Positions 53,169 through 63,679 of a DNA stretch of 64,000 nucleotides are shown piece after piece. Source of the DNA: Sulfolobales archaeon HS-7. Lineage in GTDB: Archaea; Thermoproteota; Thermoprotei_A; Sulfolobales; Sulfolobaceae. Position 1 is the first letter of the stretch. Each line of letters starts with the position of its first letter. The stretch spans positions 1,376,001 through 1,440,000 of the forward strand of contig AP024596.1 of NCBI GenBank assembly GCA_019704295.1. The letters are read 5' to 3'. The notes below the pieces were generated by a model that was not told the origin of the DNA, ran no database searches, and saw only the letters and a program-made list of their open reading frames with translations. The position numbers and the translations under genes are program-made.

Positions 53169-53951
53169 TTATAAGGTGTATCCTATTATAAAAGGAACTC
53201 CTCTAGACAGATAGAGCAAGTAAAGGAGGAATCTGTTTCCCTTACAGATATTCCTCTTCTTTCTCGAAACTCTCACGAGGTTGCTATAAGGCGTCCCCTT
53301 CAGCACTTTTAAACTTTTACCGTACCTGTAATACTTCCTAACAATATCCACTAACCTAGCATCACCGTAGTGCATTATTAGCTTATCCTTAAGTGAAGAC
53401 ACGTCTTTGCTCGTCTTACTAGCTTCATAGTATATCAACTCGTGATCTGGGAAGACCACATCGTCAAAATTCTCCTTCAAGTTCTCTCTCAACTTCCCGA
53501 ACGTCCTGTCCAATATCTCTCGTCTGAAGAACCTCGGTAGGGCAAACCCTTTCACCGCCTCAGGAGTATTGCATTCCATTATGTTCTCCTTATCTAAATT
53601 AGCGAGTCTTATCCAGAAGGAGTCACCGATCTCTTCCTCTCCTATTATCGTCATATCGTGATCCTGAGAAGAGAGGAGAGCTAGTGCGTCCTTCCTCAGT
53701 GTCCTAGTTTCGTCCAGTAGAAAGGCATATTCACCTTTTGAGTAGTAATGAGATAAGTACCTTGCCTTAAGTAGCTTCACCTTTTCTTTGATCTCCTTAA
53801 AGCCATATTGTTGTATAATGTCGGAAACATTCTCGTCAGATGAGGAGTTGACAACTATAACTTCGTAGTCTTGGAAGGTTTGGTCTCTTATTGATTCGAA
53901 GAGGTGGTTTAAGTATTTTCCATGTAATACTGGAATTTCTATCGATATCAT
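53169..53951 (-). CDS. GT2 glycosyltransferase
   Basis: ISIEIPV, ESIRDQTFQDYEVIVV, KYYRYG. Confidence 0.88.
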   Translation of the reverse strand: MISIEIPVLHGKYLNHLFESIRDQTFQDYEVIVVNSSSDENVSDIIQQYGFKEIKEKVKLLKARYLSHYYSKGEYAFLLDETRTLRKDALALLSSQDHDMTIIGEEEIGDSFWIRLANLDKENIMECNTPEAVKGFALPRFFRREILDRTFGKLRENLKENFDDVVFPDHELIYYEASKTSKDVSSLKDKLIMHYGDARLVDIVRKYYRYGKSLKVLKGTPYSNLVRVSRKKRNICKGNRFLLYLLYLSRGVPFIIGYTL

Positions 53952-54060
53952 GGTAAATTGTAGACGTGTTATTTAAAAACCCTACGTTTAAGAAAAGGGA
54001 CTTCAGACAAAATTTTTACTACATCATCAATTAAATAACTCTCTATCAAGCTAAAGGACA

Positions 54061-54221
54061 TGAGACAGTATTCAATGTGTAATAAATGTAATCTAGTTTA
54101 TTAAGTAAATTTTAGCGAGAAAAATAAACACCAAGAACTCAACTATAGGGATAATACTTAAGGGGGATTACGCCTAGGTTATACCATGGTCTACATATAC
54201 GATGACGTAATCTCCCAAGAG
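54061..54221 (+). mobile_element. left-end fragment of ISC1290-like IS
   Basis: Matches 44025-44185 up to ...CCCAAGAG. Confidence 0.85.
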
Positions 54222-54397
54222 GCGCTACATTCTTCGCCTCTAACATGTCTACAGGAACAGCCTGTCCAGAACGGTACCTAAATCAACGTTGTATTTCTCC
54301 ACGTTCTTACTCTTGGCAAACTTGCACCTCTTAAGACTAAACCATTATAGGGATTCGCTATCTTCATCCCTAGTGTTACGTGTTTTCCCCGTGGAAG
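54220..54397 (-). mobile_element. 178-bp CT-core mini-element
   Basis: AG|GCGCTACATTCTTCGCCTCTAAC...ACGTGTTTTCCCCGTGGA|AG. Confidence 0.8.
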
Positions 54398-54798
54398 TTC
54401 CCCTAGCTTTTCCCTTGTCTTACAAGGGATATGTAGTTCTTTCCTCTATTTCCCAAGAGGGGGGATTTAATCCTCCTAAAAACGTCAGGAGATTAGAGGA
54501 AATCTTCCTAAACGCTTTCTCCACTATTTGTAAGGGACTTGTCCCTCGTCCTGTTTTCCCGCCTACCAAGATTTGGGAAGTCCCTCGCTTAAACTTTAAC
54601 GTCCTCATTTATACCCACTTGATAGTATAGAAGGTATTACCATGCATGTAAAAACTAGGTAGTTTACCTCTCCCTTAGATAAAGGTCAATCTTTTCCTCG
54701 CTTTAGTCAAAATTTACCTAATTCCTACTCTCTTCAGCGAGATTTTCCCTTGCATTAGAAATTATCTTACTTTTAGTAAAATTGGTAAAACATGACTA
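54396..54798 (-). mobile_element. left-end fragment of ISC1439-like IS
   Basis: Reverse complement aligns with 40783-41190 (MRTLKFKR start, TIR). Confidence 0.8.
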
Positions 54799-55100
54799 TT
54801 TAAAGAGTTATAAAGCATATTTGTCTAGGATTAAATTCTCTTACCCATGTGTAAAGCGATAATATAAAATCAGTTAATTAAGCTTTATAGCAAATAATTG
54901 CTTAATTTTCGAGAATACAGGTTAAGGACGAACTTGATAACGTGATATGTTTGGGTTTACCGAGGGACATAAACCGCCTGACCTCGTAAGCCTAGTTGTC
55001 TAAGGTATTCAATCTCTTGATAATCCCCCAGATATACTCCTATTTGAGTAGTATAAGTAAGTTATTCCCAAAATTTAGTTTTTAAACTATGCTTAGTCAG
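54799..55100 (-). mobile_element. truncated ISC1290-derived MITE
   Basis: AGTTATAAA...TATAAAATCAGTT matches the right-end region; boundaries approximate. Confidence 0.55.
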
Positions 55101-55320
55101 ACCTTGAGAGTCAAAGAGAAATCTCTTGTGGGGTTAATGCATACCACGCTTAACTCTGCGTAAGACCAGGGATCGTACTTGGGATGTGTTATTATATGCA
55201 AACTAATAACCTGGTCTAAGATCAGACAAAGTATAAATCATTACTGCATTAAATACATCTGCTAATGACAGAGAATTCTCTAATCTTTTCTCTTATGTAG
55301 CCTGGGTTCTCTCACAACTT

Positions 55321-55346
55321 TATAACTTGGGAGGGGGTAAGTTATA
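55321..55346. promoter_or_regulatory. inverted repeat TATAACTT-N10-AAGTTATA at the start of the ATPase gene
   Basis: Directly visible between the TATA region and the start codon position. Confidence 0.55.
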
Positions 55347-56429
55347 CGTTATTTAATCCCAGACCTAAAGACAAGCTAAAAGACGTTTTTGATAGAGAAA
55401 AAGAAATAAGTATACTAAGGAATTCGCTTGATTCCCCATTGACTGTCGTTTTGGGCTTAAGGAGAACGGGCAAAACATCGTTAGTTAAATCAGTCCTTAA
55501 CAACGTAAAGGCCACTTACATATTCTTGGATATGAGAAGATTTGAAAATAGGGAATACGTAGTTTACAAGGATTTCCTAGGAGTATTGGAGAGAGAAGTT
55601 AATGCAATTACTAGAAAATATAAGGGATTAGTTGATTATGTGAAGACAGTTAAGGGAGTCAACTTCGCAGGTCTTTCTCTAAGGTTTAGTTGGGGAAAGG
55701 ACAGAGCTCTCCGACGTGCTTTCTTCTTTAAACGATTGGGCTGAGGATAACGGAAATAACGTGATCTTGGTTTTAGACGAAGCTCAGGAGTTGATAAAGG
55801 TTAAAGGATATGACGTACTACCGTTAATAGCTTATGCCTTTGATAATTTAAGGAACTTGAGTTTCGTAGTCACAGGTTCTGAAATAAGGGTAAAATCGAA
55901 GTTCTTGAGGGTTGACAATGAGAACTCCCCACTTTACGGTAGGGCCTACGTTGAAATCAACGTTAATCCCTTTGATAAGGACACGTCAATTAAGTTCGTT
56001 GAAAGAGGTTTTGAGGAATATCTTAAATTCAGTAAGGCGGAGGAGGTTTACGAAGAACTAGGAGGAAACCCCGGGTGGCTAACCTACTATGGTTACGTTT
56101 ATGTCAAGAAGGGGGACATTGACGTATTGGAGCAAACTAAGAGGTACGCTAGGAAGTTGTTGTCTATCGAGTTCTGTAATTTTCTGGTGGAGGGCAATAG
56201 ATTGCAGTCGAAGGAAAGATACCTTAAAGTCCTGGAAACGTGCAAGCTCGGTTGTTCCTGGAAGGACGTAAAGAACGCATTAGAGGCCTTGGAGGGAAGG
56301 GAGATAAATGACGATACTTTGCACACCATACTCCGCAATTTACTGGAGTACTCATTTCTAGTTAAAGAGAACAGAAGATACTTCCTAGCTGATCCTATTT
56401 TAAAGGAGATAGGTAATGTGAAGTGCTAA
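55346..56429 (+). pseudogene. archaeal ATPase (ATPase_2-like, C-terminal wHTH) pseudogene
   Basis: ACG at the start position before LFNPRPK..FDREKE; GLRRTGKTS; frameshift near 55710; LDEAQE, TGSE, PLYGR, GNPGWL. Confidence 0.85.
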
Positions 56430-56653
56430 GCCCTACGGTATGTTTCCGATTTACGGACTTATGGATTTCTACAAGGCGATCTGTTCCTTTGCAATTTGTT
56501 TCTATAGATGAGAGTAGCTGTTTCCACATTTGAATAACACTAATAGGGGATCATGGTAATATCGTGGAAAGTGATTAAATCGACTAGAGAGTCCTTCTTA
56601 GCCGAAGAAGTAAGGGAGGAGCACAGACAAAAGGACAACATTATGTACATCCT

Positions 56654-57017
56654 CAAGATAGCATATAATGTACAATAAATGCTACTTTAAATAAATTTCA
56701 GGATAGGAATGACTCATCCTAAACTGCTTAATTAGGACGACAATATAGCAAATTACCCGAGATCGAACACCCTTGCTGAACTCGTAGCCCTAAGTATATC
56801 CGCCGTTACCCTCAGTAAATGCTAAATTCATAACGCTGAAAACCTCGTTTTTCTCCTTAATCCACAAGATACAAATGGTTATTTGTGAAGATTCTCGATA
56901 AACTAATTTTATATTATTTTACTCATAGGATTAAACAAATTAATTTCAGACGTACATATTCTATAACTTTTTACTTTATTTAGTTATTCTATCAAATATA
57001 CGTTTGACACCCTCACG
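56654..57017 (+). mobile_element. ~364-bp ISC1290-derived MITE (old copy)
   Basis: Right end TTTACTTTATTTAGTTATTCT...GACACCCTCACG; interior resembles 61190-61554. Confidence 0.65.
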
Positions 57018-57122
57018 ACACAATGTGGCCCAAAGTGCTAGGGTAAAAACCTCAAATTGTTATACACTTTGGACCAATGGAACTAATTGTCCCAAAACCG
57101 GAATCACCAAATTTTATAATTT

Positions 57123-57869
57123 ATGCCTTTTATGTCTTTTGTGGAAGACAAAAGAAACCCGATAAAGGATTTTTACGAAGAACATTACGCTAAGCTAGAA
57201 CAGACTTCTCATATGTCAAAAAGGGTGAGATATACAGAAGAAGCTATCAAAAAATTTGGAAAAAAAGAATATATTCTAGAGATAGGCTGTGGAACGGGAG
57301 AAAATTTATCATATTATGCCAAGGAGTTCAACTTTAGTAAAGCCTATTGTGTAGAGGTGGCCTCTCTTACAGAAACCAAAATAAGAGAGAGAGGATTATT
57401 TCCGATTATTTTGGACGTTAATGCTAATAAGATTCCTTTAGATGACTCATCTATCGACGTAATAATTTTCGAGGAGGTTGTAGAGCACCTCTACAATTCT
57501 GACTTGGTAATAGGAGAGATAAAAAGGTTGCTGAAAAGAGAAGGTATACTAATTCTGAGTACACCAAACCTAGCATCCTGGATAAACAGGTTAACTTTAC
57601 TGCTCGGCTATCAGCCCTTTTCTCACGACATATCTTTCCTAGGAGGATTCGGAAGATTAAGGAATAAGACACAGACTAACGGTCACATTAAGTCCTTTAC
57701 GTTAAGGGCAATGATCGAGTATTTAAAATTCTTTAATTTTGAAATCCTAGAGATTAAAGGCATTGAGGCTGACGGTGTTTCTGGACTTCTAAGCAAGATC
57801 GACTTGTTCTTTTCTAAATTTCCAAATTATGCTTCCCATATGTTCATAGTAGCTAGGAATTCTCAATAA
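57123..57869 (+). CDS. class I SAM-dependent methyltransferase
   Basis: ILEIGCGTG, DVIIFEEVVEHL, LSTPN, GHIKSFT. Confidence 0.9.
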   Translation: MPFMSFVEDKRNPIKDFYEEHYAKLEQTSHMSKRVRYTEEAIKKFGKKEYILEIGCGTGENLSYYAKEFNFSKAYCVEVASLTETKIRERGLFPIILDVNANKIPLDDSSIDVIIFEEVVEHLYNSDLVIGEIKRLLKREGILILSTPNLASWINRLTLLLGYQPFSHDISFLGGFGRLRNKTQTNGHIKSFTLRAMIEYLKFFNFEILEIKGIEADGVSGLLSKIDLFFSKFPNYASHMFIVARNSQ

Positions 57870-57973
57870 CATAGTCACTAAACCAATTACATCTTATTAA
57901 TTTTATTGGAAACGGCGCAATTTCAATAAGGGGCGATTCATGAGGGAATTCAGGTTTCCTGTGGGGCCGTTCA

Positions 57974-59246
57974 CGTGACAGTGTCTAATGTGTAATTAAA
58001 GTGAATAACTAAATAAAGTAAAAAGTTATAAAACACGTAAGTCTAGAATTAAATTCGCTTAAGTACCAGTGGAGAAACAATATAAAATCAGTTTATTAAG
58101 ACCACTCGCGACTAATCTCGAAATTTTCCGATAATCAAGGCTAGGGACGAGCTTCTCTAGCGGGGTTTTAAGTGGAGATTTCAGCGCTTTCTAACGGAGC
58201 TAAACCGCTAAATATTGTAAGCCAGGCCGAGGAGGCTGGCAAAGACGTTCAATCCCCTCATGCCCCTCGCGTAAGGCCTCATGTTCTGAGGAAAGTTCCG
58301 AAGAACGCCTCCTCTCAGTATTCCCAAGCCATTCTTGACTCTGATCACCTTGCGTCTCTCGGCAAACCCCCTGTGTACGAGCGTGATCACGTTTGGCTTG
58401 ATAGGAGATTTAAAGTCGGAAACGTTAGCTGGAACTATCTTAGCCTTGCAAACCATGAGGGTCTTAAGGAGAACCCGGCGAAGCACTTGCCCCCGAACCA
58501 ATTCCCCACTTCTTTCCCCAGCTACCCTCATGTTCCCTGAGGGTGTAATTTCTCGGAAATGAGAGAAAAGTTTCTCCCTTTTCCTCTCATCGAGTGTCGC
58601 AAGTACTTCATGAGGTTTCCTCCTTGGATTAATTTCCCTGAGATCCAGTACAAGTTTCTGTGCTTTTCCACGCTCTTCTCCCCGTGAGGAGGCTCCACGG
58701 TAAAGCCATCAACCTTTGCCTTCCGAACTTCTCCTTCGCTAAGAAATGGTGGAAGTCGCTCCTCGTTAACTCGCGACTCCAATCGCCTGAAGACCTTGAG
58801 GAGCAGATCCCTAATTCTATCGTCGTATTCATACACAAACCAGTTCAAGAGGACCTCGAGGGAACCTCTTTTACGCCAAGGAAAACCTTGACCACTTCAT
58901 TGGTAACCGCTAGCACAATCACTCCCCTATACGACTCTTTGAAAAGCACTCTCACGATCATCATCTTCAAGTAGACCACGTTAGTACTTGAAGAACTTGT
59001 GATCCTTGAACTCCCTTTCAATTACGTCCTTTAACTCACTCATGATTTCCTCGCACTCCAAAAGGGATTTACTCTTTCAACCCAACTCTTGGGGGATTAC
59101 GTCGGAATAAATGTAGATCACGGTATAACCTAGGCGTAATCCCCCTTAAGTATTATCCTTCCATGTAAGTTCTTTGAATTTGTCTTTCTCATAAAAATTT
59201 AATTAATAAAGTAGATTACATTTATTGTGCATTGGACACTGTCACG
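57974..59246 (-). mobile_element. ~1.27 kb ISC1290-like IS, frameshifted
   Basis: TIR CGTGACAGTGTCTAATG / CATTGGACACTGTCACG; inverted paralogue of 44025-45309. Confidence 0.85.
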
Positions 59247-59574
59247 ATATTAATCTGTGGGTCCTCATTGTACACCTTATTAAAGATAGGGAATGTATAG
59301 TGGAGCCTCCTGTCCACATACTCTGAGAGGAGTTTAGACGCCAAACGATATTTGGATGTGTGACGCAATCACGGAACATGACCCTGATTTAGCATACATT
59401 GAGAGAGTTTTTTCAACCCGCTTTCACTACCCTAACTTAGTGCAATTCATGGGGAATCGTTAACGATAATAACTCTTCCGAGACCGACGCCATTTTGTAG
59501 TAACTATGATTGATCTTCCGCAGAATCGTTCTCTGATTTCTAAACTTTTTAACCTGGAAGATTTAATACATCAC

Positions 59575-60633
59575 ATGGAAGAAATAAAGAGAAAATCTAG
59601 TGATATAGAAACTAATTACGTTAGGGAAATAGAAGTTCATCACCTCAGAGGTGTCAGTGTAGTAGACCACGACACTCTGGAACCTCCGAGGCTTACCCCA
59701 AGGAAAATAAACGTTATTACCGGCTGTAACGGCTCTTTCAAAACGACATTTCTCGAAGCGTTAACAGTATCGCTATTCATGACTTCAAGAAACGTACTTA
59801 AAGCCAGATCGATTATTAATTTGGCGTCAACTCTAAGAATGGAACCCCTTTGGCAATACTTATTAGCAAGAGACGGGTTTGAAATGATAGTTAATAATCA
59901 GTATAAGGTAAGGAGTGCTACTTTTGACGAGATTATAAAAGTGAATCCAATGCAGCCTGTTAGTACTATGATAAACCCCGTAGGCTTCATACTCCTCAAG
60001 AACGATAAGGAAGTGAGAATATTTAGAGTGGATATTTCTGTTTTACCTGCTTCGGCACAGATCAGCATCTCTATACAAGACAAAGATAGAGACGAGGTCA
60101 AGGAATTATCCGGTTACACATTTATAGCGTTCTCCACGCCAAACCCGATATCTCCAGACTTCGTGAGCAACTTTTCTCCTTTAATGGAATTTTCCAAAAT
60201 CAAGGACTCATTAAGGAAGTTATTGAACTTCGAATTAATGGGCGTGAAAATGGACGAATTCGGTAGATTGACCTTCGTAGTGTCAAACGGTAATAAGGAT
60301 CTTGAAGTACAGTTTTTGGGAAGCGGTTTCGCATCCCTTATTCTGCTAGCTATGGCCTCGAGCAACGATATAGTGATCTTCGACAACATTGAAAACCATT
60401 TACACCCTCAGCTCATGTTAAAGGCAATAGAGCTCATGAAGGAAAGTAATTCTCAGTGGTTCATAACCACCCAAAGTACCGAATTTCTGAATTATTTACT
60501 GCTGGAGAACCCGGAGGAGGTAATGGTTTACGAATTCCTCAAAAGGGAAAATATACATATTAGACAATTGGAGGGGAGTAAAGCTAGTGAGCTGATCAAC
60601 GAACTCTCTGAAGATTTGAGAGGATTATGCTGA
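59575..60633 (+). CDS. ABC-class (AAA_15/21-like) ATPase with atypical motifs
   Basis: GCNGSFKT, LGSGF, VIFDNIENHLHP, ITTQS; ATG 59575 follows a TATA box (ORF could begin at 59506). Confidence 0.8.
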   Translation: MEEIKRKSSDIETNYVREIEVHHLRGVSVVDHDTLEPPRLTPRKINVITGCNGSFKTTFLEALTVSLFMTSRNVLKARSIINLASTLRMEPLWQYLLARDGFEMIVNNQYKVRSATFDEIIKVNPMQPVSTMINPVGFILLKNDKEVRIFRVDISVLPASAQISISIQDKDRDEVKELSGYTFIAFSTPNPISPDFVSNFSPLMEFSKIKDSLRKLLNFELMGVKMDEFGRLTFVVSNGNKDLEVQFLGSGFASLILLAMASSNDIVIFDNIENHLHPQLMLKAIELMKESNSQWFITTQSTEFLNYLLLENPEEVMVYEFLKRENIHIRQLEGSKASELINELSEDLRGLC

Positions 60634-61214
60634 TGAAAGTTATCTTCACGGAGGGAATATCTGACGCTAAATTCATCGCGGGATTACTAGGAATCAGTGA
60701 CTTAGAAAACGCTGAGAAGCACGCTAAAGCAATAGTTTCGAGCTATAGATGCTACAAAGATGACGATCTATTGATTTGCGAAGGAGGTGGTAAGGATAAT
60801 ATTTGTAGAAGGGCTAAAGAATTGAGTGAATTACTCAAATATAAGAAATTAAATTTTGAAATTCTCATCCTTCTAGATGGAGACGCTAAGGGGACTAAAT
60901 GCGACGTTGGTGAAATATTCTATTTAGATAATAAAAACCTAGATGAATTGCTCTTCAACGCTTCAATGCAGATCCTTACGAGCCACGATTACGCAAAACA
61001 ACTACTAGAGCACGAGAAAAACAACGCAGATTCTAAACTAAAGGTTTATTTGGTTATGTATTTATTCAAGAAATTCGTATCATCTGGTGAAAACTGGACT
61101 GATTTGAGTTCGTTCTTTTATTTTGTAGCATGGCATTACAAATCTCAGTTATTGTCACTTGATTCTGGTCTATCAAAAATAATTGAACTCGTGACGGTGT
61201 CCAGTGTGGAATAA
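60633..61214 (+). CDS. TOPRIM-like protein (DUF3226/OLD-TOPRIM-like)
   Basis: FTEGISD, EGGGKDN, LLDGD; TGATG coupling to the ATPase. Confidence 0.72.
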   Translation: MKVIFTEGISDAKFIAGLLGISDLENAEKHAKAIVSSYRCYKDDDLLICEGGGKDNICRRAKELSELLKYKKLNFEILILLDGDAKGTKCDVGEIFYLDNKNLDELLFNASMQILTSHDYAKQLLEHEKNNADSKLKVYLVMYLFKKFVSSGENWTDLSSFFYFVAWHYKSQLLSLDSGLSKIIELVTVSSVE

Positions 61215-61554
61215 ATGTAATCTAGTTTATTAAGTAAATTTTTAGATATAATAATAATTAAATCTACGTTGTATAATAAGGACGATAGTACGGAGGAATT
61301 ACGGGAAGTTAAACCCCATTGCCGACTTCCTAGGCTTAAAAATATCCGGTACCCTCCGCTAACTTTTAACTCGTAGTACTGAGACTCTTTTTAGTCTTGT
61401 TTCTTGAGAAATATGTAATTAATTATGCCTATTCCCAATAAACTTATTTTATACTCCCCTATCGTAATTTAATGGATTTAATTCTAGACAGACGTGTTCA
61501 CAACTTTTTAGTTTATTTAGTTATTCTATTAATTACACATTGGACACCGTCACG
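61190..61554 (+). mobile_element. 365-bp ISC1290-derived MITE
   Basis: TIR CGTGACGGTGTCCA / TGGACACCGTCACG; flanks TGAACT/GGAACT. Confidence 0.88.
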
Positions 61555-61619
61555 GGAACTTTCCACCTAGTTCCCGTAGTATCACCTCCGAGTAATACTC
61601 CCTTGCCCACCCTGAAAAG

Positions 61620-61773
61620 GGTTTACGCCACATTCTATTGATTAATCCTCTTATTCTCTGAAATACTTTCTAGCTAAACCATATCTTTATGCTCTGGATC
61701 CTTTTTTAGCGTTCATTACTACGTCCATAACATCAATACCTTCCTTTTCTGCAATTTTTAATACTTATTCCAT
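61620..61773 (-). pseudogene. PaREP1-like N-terminal remnant
   Basis: ME*VLKIAEKEGIDVMDVV...LARKYF with stops. Confidence 0.4.
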
Positions 61774-61898
61774 ATTTTCCCCTTCTTCCTAGAGGTTATA
61801 AAAGTTGCATATGACGTTAGATATCTTATCATCCTTTTTGGGCTATTGTAAAAAACTAATATTTAAGAAAACTTTTGAGTGGAAAGTAGAAAATATAC

Positions 61899-62111
61899 TA
61901 GGAAGAGAAAGCTACAATAAAAGTAAGTGAAAATACCCTTAAGATGCTTAAAAAACTTAAAGAAGAGAATAACTTCTCATCAATGGATGAGGCTATCGCT
62001 TTGCTATTAAAATTGTATGGAGAGGAGAAGTTAAGGAGAGAGTTTAGAATAGACAAAGGGCGAATTACTCCGTTTGGCAAAGATGATAGAATTGAGGATC
62101 GTAATGAATAG
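61899..62111 (+). pseudogene. VapB-like antitoxin with TAG at the expected start
   Basis: EEKATIKVSENTLKMLKKLKEE..FSSMDEAI...DKGRITPF..DDRIEDR; overlaps the PIN gene. Confidence 0.7.
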
Positions 62112-62496
62112 TTATGCCTGGATAGAGTTCTTTTTAGGAAGTGATAAGGGAAAGAGAGTTTTCGAAATTCTTTCCTCAGTCGATGAAATATTAACACCGG
62201 ATTTAGTGTTAGCCGAAATAGGTAGGAAATACGTTAGAGGAGGAATTCATGAAAAAACTATCATAGAGAGATTGGAATTTATAGAGGAAAATAGCGTAAT
62301 TCTTTGCATTAACTCAGAGTTAAGCGTCGAAGGAGCAATGGCTTACATTAAATTACTAAGTGAGGCTAAAAGTGAGGGAAAGAACAAACCTAGCTTAACA
62401 GATAGTGTACTTTTAGCAATACGTAGGAAGTACTCTGCAAAGATAGTCACTGGAGATGAAATATTTAAGGGAATAAATGAGGTAATGCTTATATGA
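62092..62496 (+). CDS. vapC: PIN-domain VapC-like toxin, first conserved Asp replaced by Asn
   Basis: RIVMNSYAWIEFF, VLAEI, SLTDS, IVTGD..FKG. Confidence 0.8.
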   Translation: MRIVMNSYAWIEFFLGSDKGKRVFEILSSVDEILTPDLVLAEIGRKYVRGGIHEKTIIERLEFIEENSVILCINSELSVEGAMAYIKLLSEAKSEGKNKPSLTDSVLLAIRRKYSAKIVTGDEIFKGINEVMLI

Positions 62497-62502
62497 GTGC
62501 TA

Positions 62503-62663
62503 GGGCCGTTAACGTGTTCATGCAAATTCAGTTTGTTTAGAAAAATAGAATGAATTTAATTGAATGGTATCGTATGGACTGGAAAGGATTCGCACTTAAC
62601 AATTTCCCATATTTACTACTCATTTGTAATAATTACAATTCACATTGGAAACCTGAATTACCC
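62503..62663 (-). mobile_element. 161-bp MITE, same family as 26775-26937
   Basis: Shares ATTCGCACTTAACAATTTCCCATATTTA (reverse complement) and GGGC-type ends. Confidence 0.78.
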
Positions 62664-63679
62664 AATCGGAAATATCAGCACGAATCCCTAGAATAGGGGA
62701 TTAAGCTTTTTGTTTGATCAGTTCCATTTCAGCATCAATTTCTCGCTACAATTTTCAGGGTGTAAACTAGGGAGTTAACTCAATTTTTCCCACCCCCCGA
62801 CTTTAATGGTCTGGCGTCCCTTAATTCCTCAACAGTTTATCAAAACTCGTTGGGAGAAACCAGGATACCTTTTTTTAACACCTTATCACAGGTATCTATC
62901 CATGAAGACTGGGAAGGACGGGAAATACTATTACGTTGAATTAGATAGAGAGGATATATTTAAGCTTAAGGGAATTGTTAAAAAGAAGGGTAAGCACCGT
63001 AAACCCTCTTATGAGATCTCATCTTCCAAATAGAACAGTTTTTTTGTGTCCACACTGTAAAGTATCCCCGGCTACTTCTATTGAAAACTATTACCATACT
63101 TTTCCTTTCCCAACTTCTCTCTGGCGTGTTTGAAGGGATTATCAAGTATGAGTAATTCCTTATCCAGAATAAGCATAACCAATTTATCGCTTTTAAATTC
63201 CTCCAGCAAATATTCCGCTAATTCTTCTGAACTGTTTATTTTCTTGTTGAACATAACCTAGCATTCCGCTTCTCACAGACCGCATTAACATAAAAGGAAA
63301 AACGTATTTAATAATCTTCATTTTCCTTTAATATTATATCAGAAATATTTATAATATTAACAACAACTACGTGTTTTTAGCCGAAGGTTGAACTAAGCAC
63401 CTTGTGCTAAGCTTGCAAGAAAAACTAGAACTTTTCGAGTTGCCCGGTGTTGACTTTAAAATATACGAGATTTTGGCCAAATACAACATGTAGTCACGCT
63501 ACCTAAGTCGACTTAAACCCAGTTTTCATATCCAGATTACTCTAATAATTAGTAATGAGATTTTTTGGTGGGACAGAACGTCCCGACGACTTAGCATTGA
63601 GTTTCATCAGGTCTCACTCGGAATTAAATATCTACTCCTGTACTAACCTGTTGAGGTAATTGAGCGGTGAAAAGGGTTA

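Noticed and set aside
44025-59246. Recent composite transposon
   Set aside because: No matching TSD outside the pair, and the copies are diverged and defective.
62806-63260. Small ORFs (75 aa on +, a broken frame on -)
   Set aside because: No recognisable motif; cannot support a call.
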